Below are positions 8,742-15,743 of a stretch of 27,378 bases of DNA, piece by piece; position 1 is the first letter of the stretch, and every line of letters begins with the position of its first letter. The notes under the pieces were generated by a model. It was not told the DNA's origin. It saw only the letters and a program-made list of their open reading frames with translations, and searched no databases. The position numbers were made by a program, and so were the translations under genes. The DNA is from Deltaproteobacteria bacterium (GTDB taxonomy: Bacteria > Desulfobacterota > DSM-4660 > Desulfatiglandales > Desulfatiglandaceae), in assembly GCA_021159525.1 (NCBI GenBank), contig JAGHEC010000092.1, positions 1 through 27,378 of the forward strand, given 5' to 3'.

Positions 8742-9284
8742 GTGGATCAACAAGCAATAATCGATAATCGTTTCTCCCTTGCCTTTTATTTACAGGCGCT
8801 CACCCGGTTGTTGAGTTCACCGGGCCGGTTTTTCAGCGAGCTTCCACGGGAATCCGGGGTCGTGCAGCCATTGGGCTTCTTGATCACATCCGCCCTGTTC
8901 AATGCAGGGGCTGGAATGACTACGCTCCAGGACGGCCGCCTGCTCATGGCCGGCATCTGGATCGTCAACGCCGCGGTCATGCCGGTGATCCTGGCAGGCA
9001 TCAGCTTTATGGCCATGACCATGTCCATGGGAAACCGGACATCCTTTCAGAGGCTTTTCTCCGTCTATGCCTTTGCCTCTGGCGTCACACTCCTGGCATC
9101 CTGGATACCGCTTTTGGTGTGGATTACTGAACCATGGAAATGGTGTCTTGCGACCATCGGCATGGTCAGGGCGTGCGGACTTAAACGGCTCCATGCCGTT
9201 CTCATTATGGCCGTTACCATCTTCATATCAATCCTTCTTCTTTGGTCTGTATGTCCCATCATCACCTTCCTCAAAAGCCTATGA
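8742..9284 (+). CDS. Yip1-domain-like integral membrane protein
   Basis: LLSSPGRFFSEL (P..FF motif) followed by about five hydrophobic segments. GGAGGT at 8724-8729 suggests GTG 8742; the track start 8691 is an alternative. Confidence 0.7.
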   Translation: MDQQAIIDNRFSLAFYLQALTRLLSSPGRFFSELPRESGVVQPLGFLITSALFNAGAGMTTLQDGRLLMAGIWIVNAAVMPVILAGISFMAMTMSMGNRTSFQRLFSVYAFASGVTLLASWIPLLVWITEPWKWCLATIGMVRACGLKRLHAVLIMAVTIFISILLLWSVCPIITFLKSL

Positions 9285-9320
9285 ATCCTCCCACGCCTGT
9301 ACATCAGGCGCCCACCCCAC

Positions 9321-9345
9321 GGGCGGGCCTCTTTGAGACCCGCCC
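9321..9345 (+). terminator. GC-rich hairpin after the Yip1-like gene
   Basis: GGGCGGG / CCCGCCC stem with inner ctc-ttt-gag. The tail is pyrimidine-rich rather than poly-U. Confidence 0.35.
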
Positions 9346-9482
9346 CCTCCTCTTCAACAGAATCTGTAAATATCCCCCCCCTGACAGGGATACCGGTTGA
9401 AAAAAACGTCAATGACCTGTATAAAACCGAATTGCGCCCATGGGGCGTTTGTTGTCGTATTTAAGCAAACCAGGAGGATTGG

Positions 9483-12431
9483 ATGAGCGAGCAATTAACA
9501 GTGAAACAATTGACCGAGCGGGTCAGGGCACTGGAAGAACAGATCGCAAGGCGCGAAGAGAGTGAAAGGACCCTTCAGGAAAGCAAGGCATGGTTGTCGC
9601 AGGTCCTCCAGGAGATACCCATTCCCACCTTTGTGATTGACCGCGAGCATCGGGTAACCCATATCAACAAGTCCTTCGAGACCCTTACCGGCATCTCCGC
9701 AAAGGATATTCTCGGCACCCGAAATCAGTGGAAGGCCTTTTATCCCACTGAGAGACCGACCATGGCCGACCTGATCCTGGATAATGCCTCGGAAGGCGAC
9801 ATCGCCAGGTATTACAAGGGTGGGTATCAGAAATCGGCCCTCCTGGAGGGAGGCTACCAGTCGGAACGTCTGTTTCGCCACCTCAGGGATGGGAGCCGGT
9901 GGCTCTTCTTTACTGCATCGCCCTTAAAGGATGCATCAGGAAAGCTGATCGGCGCCATTGAGACGCTTCAAGACATCACCGAACAAAAGAAGGCTGAGCT
10001 GGCCCTCAAAAAATCAGAGCGTCGCATGCGAACCCTTCTGGATTTTGTTCCCTATCCGATCGTGGTATTTACCCTGACAGGCCGGGTATACTACCTGAAC
10101 CCGGCCTTTACCGAAACATTCGGCTGGACCTTGGATGAATTGGAAGGAAAGACCATCCCCTATACGCCCCCGGGCCTTGAAGAAGAAACCGGCAAGGCCA
10201 TCAGGGAACTGCTGGAAAAGAAGGTCATTCTTCGACACGAAACCAAGCGGCTCACAAAAGACGGCCGGATCCTGGACGTGGTAATGAGGGCCGTGGTTTA
10301 CTCCGAGGACAAGAATGAACCGGCAGGAGAGCTGGTGCTGTTGAGGGATATCACCCGCGAGAAAAAGATCGCCCGCATGAACCAGACCATCCTCCGTTTC
10401 AGCACCTCTCTCCATGAGTATCCCGAGATGGAAAATCTCCTGGACTATATCAGCGCTGAGATCAAGCAGCTCCTGGATGCCGAAGGGGGCCTCGTGGTCC
10501 TTCTGGATGAAGAAAATCAGGAGCTTTACTACAAGGGCGCTGCATTTGACGACAATATAACCCAGGAGCGGATAAAGGAGATCCGATTCCCCGCGGACAG
10601 AAGCGTGGCTGGAAAGGTCATCAGGACAGGTGAACCGATCGTTGTTCCGGATACGTCAATGGAGCCGGATTTCTTTCCCGGCGTGGACAAAAAACTCGGC
10701 TATCATACCCGGAACATCTTAGAGGTCCCGCTGAAAAGCGGCGACCGGATTATCGGAGCACTGTGCGCACGCAACAAGAAGGACGGGAATTTCGACGAGA
10801 CAGATCTTGAATTGTTGAACATGATGGCCGGGACCGTTGCCCTGGCCATAGAGAACGCCAGGTTTTCCAAGGAAATCATAGAGGCCTACCGCACCAACGA
10901 AGCGCTCCTCAGAATCAGTCGTGCCCTCCCGGAATACCCTGAACTGGAGCCGCTCCAGGACTATATCAGCCAGGAGGTCAAACGGCTTCTGGATTCAGAG
11001 GGGGCGCTTGTGATCCTGCTGGATGATGAAAAACAGGAGCTCTACTTCATAGGCGCGGCCTATGATGATACAGCCACGGAGAAACGGATCAAGGAAATCC
11101 GCTTCCCCCTTGACGAACTGGTGGCAGGAAAGGTTATCCGGACAGGCAAGCCTCTCATCGTATCCGACACCGCCACAGATCGGAAGCTTCACAGTGAGAG
11201 GGACAAGAAGCTTGGTTATCATACCCGCAATCTGCTCCTGGTGCCCTTGAAAAGCAAGGATCGCATTATCGGGGTCTTGTGCGCCATCAACAAAAAGGGA
11301 GACGAGCCTTTTGACCAGGCTAATGTGGAGCTGCTCAGCATGATTGCCGGAACCGTGGCCCTTTCCATTGATAACGCCCGATTTGCCGAGGAATTGAAGC
11401 GGGCCTATATCGAGGTGAGCAGTATGAACCGGGCCAAGGACAAGGTAATCAACCACCTCTCCCATGAATTGAAGACCCCTGTGTCGGTCCTGTCAGGCTC
11501 CCTCAGCATACTTGAGAAACATCTAAAACAGCTTCCCACGGACAAATGGAAAAACACCATTGCCCGGAGCAAGAAAAACCTGGAGCGCATTATAGAAATT
11601 CAGGGTCAGGTGGAGGATATCATGCGGGAACGGCAATACCGGTCCCACGGTGTTTTGACCCAATTGCTTCGGGAATGTGCGGATGAGCTGGAAACACTGA
11701 TCGCGGAGGAGGTTGGAGAAAACGCGGTGGTTGAGACCGTCCGAAAGAAGATTGACGACCTCTTCGGCCCCAAGAAGCTGGAGCCCAAAGAATCGGCCCT
11801 GGACCGGACCGTCAACCAAAGGATTGAAGCCCTTGAGCCCCTGTTTTCACATCGACAGGTCCACATCGAGCGCCGACTCGAACCTGCGCCGTCTGTCTGC
11901 ATGCCCCTGGATCCTTTGCATAAGATCATTGACGGGCTTATCAAAAATGCCATTGAAAATACCCCGGACGAAGGAAAGATAGAGATTACGGTCAGGCAAA
12001 GGGACGGGGGTGCCGAACTGGTGGTGCGCGACTACGGAGTGGGAATCATCGAAGAGGATCAACGGCGCATATTCGATGGCTTTTTTGCCACCCAGGACAC
12101 AATGGCCTATTCCTCCAAACGGGCCTTTGACTTCAATGCCGGAGGCAAAGGAGCGGATCTGCTGCGCATGAAAATCTTCTCCGAACGATACGGGTTTGAA
12201 ATCCAAATGGAATCGACCCGGTGCCAATACATACCCACAAGCACCGATGTTTGCCCTGGACGAATCAGCGAGTGCGCCTATTGCAAAACCAGAGAAGATT
12301 GTTTCCAGTCAGGGGGGAGCGCCTTTACTGTTTATTTTCCGGCCAAGGGAGAAGCCGAATCGCTGTCTGCCTCCCATAATGCCTGGATCCGGCAGCTCTC
12401 CGACAGGGCCGTTGAAGAAAAGGCATCGTGA
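9483..12431 (+). CDS. Cytoplasmic sensor histidine kinase, PAS-PAS-GAF-GAF-HisKA-HATPase, with atypical G2 box and Cys-rich insertion
   Basis: Coiled-coil N-terminus. Two PAS/PAC units (HINKSFETLTG...QDITEQK; YLNPAFTETFGW...RDITREK) and two GAF repeats (VPLKS.DRIIG.LCA.NKK). H-box LSHELKTP, N-box LIKNAIE, G1 RDYGVGI, G2-like GGKGADL. No TM segment seen. Confidence 0.92.
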   Translation: MSEQLTVKQLTERVRALEEQIARREESERTLQESKAWLSQVLQEIPIPTFVIDREHRVTHINKSFETLTGISAKDILGTRNQWKAFYPTERPTMADLILDNASEGDIARYYKGGYQKSALLEGGYQSERLFRHLRDGSRWLFFTASPLKDASGKLIGAIETLQDITEQKKAELALKKSERRMRTLLDFVPYPIVVFTLTGRVYYLNPAFTETFGWTLDELEGKTIPYTPPGLEEETGKAIRELLEKKVILRHETKRLTKDGRILDVVMRAVVYSEDKNEPAGELVLLRDITREKKIARMNQTILRFSTSLHEYPEMENLLDYISAEIKQLLDAEGGLVVLLDEENQELYYKGAAFDDNITQERIKEIRFPADRSVAGKVIRTGEPIVVPDTSMEPDFFPGVDKKLGYHTRNILEVPLKSGDRIIGALCARNKKDGNFDETDLELLNMMAGTVALAIENARFSKEIIEAYRTNEALLRISRALPEYPELEPLQDYISQEVKRLLDSEGALVILLDDEKQELYFIGAAYDDTATEKRIKEIRFPLDELVAGKVIRTGKPLIVSDTATDRKLHSERDKKLGYHTRNLLLVPLKSKDRIIGVLCAINKKGDEPFDQANVELLSMIAGTVALSIDNARFAEELKRAYIEVSSMNRAKDKVINHLSHELKTPVSVLSGSLSILEKHLKQLPTDKWKNTIARSKKNLERIIEIQGQVEDIMRERQYRSHGVLTQLLRECADELETLIAEEVGENAVVETVRKKIDDLFGPKKLEPKESALDRTVNQRIEALEPLFSHRQVHIERRLEPAPSVCMPLDPLHKIIDGLIKNAIENTPDEGKIEITVRQRDGGAELVVRDYGVGIIEEDQRRIFDGFFATQDTMAYSSKRAFDFNAGGKGADLLRMKIFSERYGFEIQMESTRCQYIPTSTDVCPGRISECAYCKTREDCFQSGGSAFTVYFPAKGEAESLSASHNAWIRQLSDRAVEEKAS

Positions 12432-13393
12432 GGATCTCCGGGCAGAGGCGCCTGCACCCTTCCATGCAACGCTACAGAGATTTCAATACCTATCTGAGAG
12501 AGATCTTCGGCGAACGGGTCCAGAAGATATCCCTGGATGCAGGGCTGAGTTGCCCTAACCGAGACGGAACCATTTCCACGAAGGGGTGTCTTTTTTGCGA
12601 CCGCCGGGGATCGGGTACCGGCGCCTTCGCAGACAAAGGCCTCTCAATTGACGAGCAGATTATCCTGGCAAAGAAAAATATCCAGCGGCGCTACAAGGCA
12701 CGGAAATTTATCGCCTATTTCCAGTCATTCACCAATACCTACGGCCCTATCCCCCGACTCAAATCCCTTTATGACCGGGCCCTGGCCCACCCGGATATGG
12801 TGGGGCTGTCTGTAGCCACACGACCTGACTGTGTGGACAAGGACGTACTGGCACTCATCCGCTCCTATCAGAGGGATCGCCTTGTGTGGCTTGAGTATGG
12901 TCTCCAATCGTCTCACGATGCAACACTCCGGCGCATCCAACGAGGCCATGATGCGGCCTGCTTTGAAAGGAGCGTTCGAATGGCCGCGGCCCGGGGAATA
13001 AACATATGCGCCCACATCATCCTGGGACTTCCCGGCGAAGACCGCGACATGATGCTTGAGACCGCCCGGTATCTGTCGCGCCTTCCTGTTCAGGGGGTCA
13101 AGATTCATCTCCTGTACGTGGTCAAGGGAACCCCCCTGGCCCAGCTTCATGACCGAGGTGAATTCAGGTGCCTGGAGCGGGAGGAATATGCAAACCTGGT
13201 GGTGGACGTCCTGGAGCTGCTCCCCCCCGATATGGTGATTCAGCGACTCACCGGCGATCCCCCACGATCGGAACTGGCGGCCCCAACATGGGCGCTGGAA
13301 AAACAGACCAATTTAAGGTGTATCCAGGATGCCCTTGAAAGGAGAAGAACATGGCAGGGGAGGCTTTTTCAGGGATCTACTGCGCAAAGATGA
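12428..13393 (+). CDS. Radical SAM protein, TIGR01212/YhcC-like family
   Basis: KISLDAGLSCPNRDGTISTKGCLFC (CX11CX2C), YFQSFTNTY, ATRPDC, LEYGLQS, HIILGLPGE, QRLTGD. GTGA overlap with the kinase stop; ATG 12463 is an alternative start. Confidence 0.9.
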   Translation: MRISGQRRLHPSMQRYRDFNTYLREIFGERVQKISLDAGLSCPNRDGTISTKGCLFCDRRGSGTGAFADKGLSIDEQIILAKKNIQRRYKARKFIAYFQSFTNTYGPIPRLKSLYDRALAHPDMVGLSVATRPDCVDKDVLALIRSYQRDRLVWLEYGLQSSHDATLRRIQRGHDAACFERSVRMAAARGINICAHIILGLPGEDRDMMLETARYLSRLPVQGVKIHLLYVVKGTPLAQLHDRGEFRCLEREEYANLVVDVLELLPPDMVIQRLTGDPPRSELAAPTWALEKQTNLRCIQDALERRRTWQGRLFQGSTAQR

Positions 13394-13917
13394 CAATCGG
13401 CCGGCTCCACATCTATCTGGCATCTACAGAAAGGGGGGCGCTCCGGGTAGGCCTTGGGCTGGACGATCACTTGCCCCCTGCTCAGTTTTTCAGACGGGTA
13501 TTCCCGGACCTGCAGCTCATTCAAGATCTCCGGATGAATCAACCCCTCGCCGATGCCGTGGAGGCATGTTTACACAACAGGCCCCCGAAGAGACACCTTC
13601 CCCTCCATGTCTCCTTCACCCCGTTTCAGAAACGGGCGCTGGAAGCAGTGGCGGCCATACCCTTTGGCCAGACACGAACCTATGGGGCAGTGGCCTCGGC
13701 AATGGGAAGCCCCCAAGGCGCCAGGGCCGTGGGACAGGTTATGGGGAAAAACCCGCTGCCACTGATCTTTCCGTGACATCGCGTGGTGGCTGCCGGGGGT
13801 CTTGGCGGTTTTGGAAGCGGCCTGAATGTGAAACGCTGGTTGCTGGACTATGAGGCGGTTTTTCTTGAAGAACAGGGTTATTTATGTGGTTCGCCCAGCT
13901 TTTCCCGAAGGGCCTGA
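13351..13917 (+). CDS. ogt: Methylated-DNA-protein-cysteine methyltransferase (Ogt/MGMT family), probable selenoprotein with Sec at TGA 13774-13776
   Basis: FQKRALEAVAAIPFGQTRTYG...[48 protein letters not shown]. The TGA falls at the C of PCHRV and the conserved C-terminus continues in frame to TGA 13915-13917. GGAG RBS precedes ATG 13351; ATG 13390 is an alternative start. Confidence 0.85.
13788..13810 (+). promoter_or_regulatory. Candidate bacterial SECIS element
   Basis: GGCUGCCGG-GGGUC-UUGGCGGUU: 9-bp stem (4 G-C, 5 G-U) with a GGU(C)-containing apical loop, starting 11 nt after the UGA. Confidence 0.65.
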
Positions 13918-14423
13918 TCCAGGGCGATCTTGTATTCTGCAGACCCGGGGGTCAGCGACTGGTTTTGGGCCAATTGGACGATGATTTCACTTTCCACCTT
14001 TTCGAACTGACTGCGGCTCTGGCTGATGACGCGATCGACGGCATGATAGATTTCTTCATCCGTGCCGTAAATCTCAATAACATCCGGATCGTTGATAAGG
14101 ACTTCCATCAGATACTGGGTCATATACAGGGAATAGGGATTGGGGTGCGGAACCAGGTTACGGATGGGCGAAACAAAGTATCTGAAATCAAACTCGGAGC
14201 TGTTGAGGGCCATTTTCAGGCCTTTGAGGAGGGAGTCGGAAACAGCCGCTGCATTGTCGCTTTCAATGATTTTCTCTTCCAATAAGGTCTGACGCAGTTT
14301 ATTGTGGATCTCGGGAAGTTTGAACCGGAAAAATCTTCCTTGTTGAAAGGCCCTCTTTTTCTCCTGCCTCTCCAGCCTGTTAATTAACTTGTCCTGAACC
14401 CTGCCCGAATCTCGTGTATACAT
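13878..14423 (-). CDS. Hypothetical protein (181 aa)
   Basis: Long open frame with protein-like composition. ATG 14423 lies just downstream of the FmdB-like stop, avoiding the overlap implied by start 14486. Confidence 0.75.
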   Translation of the reverse strand: MYTRDSGRVQDKLINRLERQEKKRAFQQGRFFRFKLPEIHNKLRQTLLEEKIIESDNAAAVSDSLLKGLKMALNSSEFDFRYFVSPIRNLVPHPNPYSLYMTQYLMEVLINDPDVIEIYGTDEEIYHAVDRVISQSRSQFEKVESEIIVQLAQNQSLTPGSAEYKIALDQALREKLGEPHK

Positions 14424-14439
14424 GAAAACCCTTTGCCGC

Positions 14440-14745
14440 CTATTCCTTGCTCTTGGAAGGCGTAGGCGCTTTGCTTTTGGGCTCACTGGCCTGGGAGCTT
14501 ACGGTTGTATCTTTACCCCCCCCGGAACCCTTTTGCTTGCCTCCTCGATACCCGGTGTTCGACTTGGAGGCATAGTCAGTCACGTACCAGCCTGTTCCTT
14601 TCAGATGAAATGTGCTTTGGGAAATGAGTTTTTTGATCTGATGAGAATGACACGCTTCGCATTCGGTAATGGGCGGATCTGAAAATTTCTGTAAGACCTC
14701 CATATGGTGTCCGCATGCATCGCATTCATATTCGTAGATCGGCAT
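14440..14745 (-). CDS. FmdB-family zinc-ribbon protein (CxxC...CxxC)
   Basis: [13 protein letters not shown]...CEACHS...[13 protein letters not shown] is the characteristic family pattern, followed by a low-complexity S/K tail. Confidence 0.9.
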   Translation of the reverse strand: MPIYEYECDACGHHMEVLQKFSDPPITECEACHSHQIKKLISQSTFHLKGTGWYVTDYASKSNTGYRGGKQKGSGGGKDTTVSSQASEPKSKAPTPSKSKE

Positions 14746-14762
14746 TCTGTCTTCTCCTTCCT

Positions 14763-15323
14763 TTATCCGGCTCCTATCTGGCAGATCCTGTGGCCCCGAT
14801 AGGAATCCAGAACATAATCCAGTTTGGCCAGCGAGGACCTCTTTAATATTTCATAAGTCAACGAGTGGACGATCTCTTCTTCCTCAGCCCGCTCTGTCTC
14901 CGTTGCCTCAAAACTTTGAAAGAACTTGGAGAATCTGACGATATGGACCAGTTCGTGGGTAAGGATATAAACCAAAAACGGCAGCAACGCCAGATTGTTG
15001 TCCCTCTTGAGAGCCCTGAGAATAAGGTGATCCTGAAGGCAGATAAAATAGAAATCGCGCGTCTTGCTCCTGGGTTCAAAATCTTGAAGCACTCTTACGC
15101 CCTTGCTCAATACGGCCAGCGCAAAGCTGCTGATCTCTTCTCCGTTCAAAGAGCAAAGGGTCTTGACATCATAGCCATACCGCTTCGCCTGCCCGATCGA
15201 TGTCTTGAAGAAATTACCCGTTGCATCTTCTGCAATGTCGAGGGCATCGCTGACGGTAACAATCTCATCCTGCCCGAAAAAGACCACTTCTAACGGCTCT
15301 TCAATGGGATGAAAGTCAGACAA
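14763..15323 (-). CDS. Hypothetical protein with HExxH zincin-like motif
   Basis: [12 protein letters not shown] followed by an acidic EEEE segment. The start (TTG 15323) is uncertain and may lie about 12 codons downstream. Confidence 0.7.
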   Translation of the reverse strand: MSDFHPIEEPLEVVFFGQDEIVTVSDALDIAEDATGNFFKTSIGQAKRYGYDVKTLCSLNGEEISSFALAVLSKGVRVLQDFEPRSKTRDFYFICLQDHLILRALKRDNNLALLPFLVYILTHELVHIVRFSKFFQSFEATETERAEEEEIVHSLTYEILKRSSLAKLDYVLDSYRGHRICQIGAG

Positions 15324-15371
15324 AAAATAAGAGCATCCCGATATTTGTCAATATTTGATCAGGATTTTTGT

Positions 15372-15448
15372 TGGTGGCGGTGACTGGATTTGAACCAGTG
15401 ACTCTACGGATATGAGCCGTATGCTCTGACCAACTGAGCTACACCGCC
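15372..15448 (-). tRNA. tRNA-Met (CAT), probably elongator
   Basis: rc = GGCGGTGTAGCTCAGTTGGTCAGAGCATACGGCT-CAT-ATCCGTAGAGTCACTGGTTCAAATCCAGTCACCGCCACCA, 77 nt with encoded CCA. G1-C72 is paired and there is no GGG/CCC anticodon stem, so it is not the initiator. Ile2 (lysidine) identity is not formally excluded. Confidence 0.95.
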
Positions 15449-15470
15449 GTCTCCTTCGCCGCATTCTATA

Positions 15471-15498
15471 AATGTAGCTAAATTTTCTTTTTTGTCAA
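15471..15498 (-). promoter_or_regulatory. Sigma-70 promoter for tRNA-Met
   Basis: Minus strand TTGACA (15498-15493), 16-nt spacer, TACATT (15476-15471). Confidence 0.5.
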
Positions 15499-15517
15499 TC
15501 AAATAATGACAGAAGGC

Positions 15518-15638
15518 ATCAACTCAATAATTCGGGGGATAAGAGCGAACATACCACCGGGGCAGGGTGATTTTTCTTCCCCTCCGGGCCTCCGGGCCTG
15601 TCTCTTCAGAAAAACCCTCCTGACCCTATTTATTGAGC
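15518..15638 (-). repeat. Dispersed MITE/REP-like intergenic repeat, copy C
   Basis: rc reads gctcaataaatagggtcaggagggtttttctgaagagacaggcccggaggcccggaggggaagaaaaatcaccctgccccggtggtatgttcgctcttatcccccgaattattgagttgat. Inverted ends CTCAATAA (15523-15530) / TTATTGAG (15630-15637). Confidence 0.85.
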
Positions 15639-15693
15639 CAGGGCCCATCCACCAATAGATTTTGGGCGTCCGGATGGAGGGCGAATTGAACAG

Positions 15694-15727
15694 GACAGGG
15701 ATTGAAGGAGACTGCTCAACCCCTGTC
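15694..15727 (-). terminator. Likely terminator hairpin of the fadR-etfBA unit
   Basis: Minus strand GACAGGGGUUGA / UCAAUCCCUGUC, a 12-bp stem starting 16 nt after the etfA stop. Weak U-tract. Confidence 0.55.
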
Positions 15728-15743
15728 ATGCCCGTCCACTGCG

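Noticed and set aside
5286-12431. Other TGA/TAG stops as Sec or Pyl read-through candidates (5286, 6342, 8272, 8545, 12429)
   Set aside because: Each ends a protein that looks complete, and none sits at a conserved Cys position.
13351-13776. MGMT as a 141-aa truncated gene or pseudogene
   Set aside because: The stop falls exactly on the catalytic Cys codon, downstream residues remain family-conserved and a SECIS-like hairpin follows. Sec read-through is more parsimonious, though a TGC-to-TGA error or mutation is not excluded.
15372-15448. tRNA-Met as an integration site for an island
   Set aside because: I saw no duplicated tRNA 3' end, no integrase and no obvious compositional shift.
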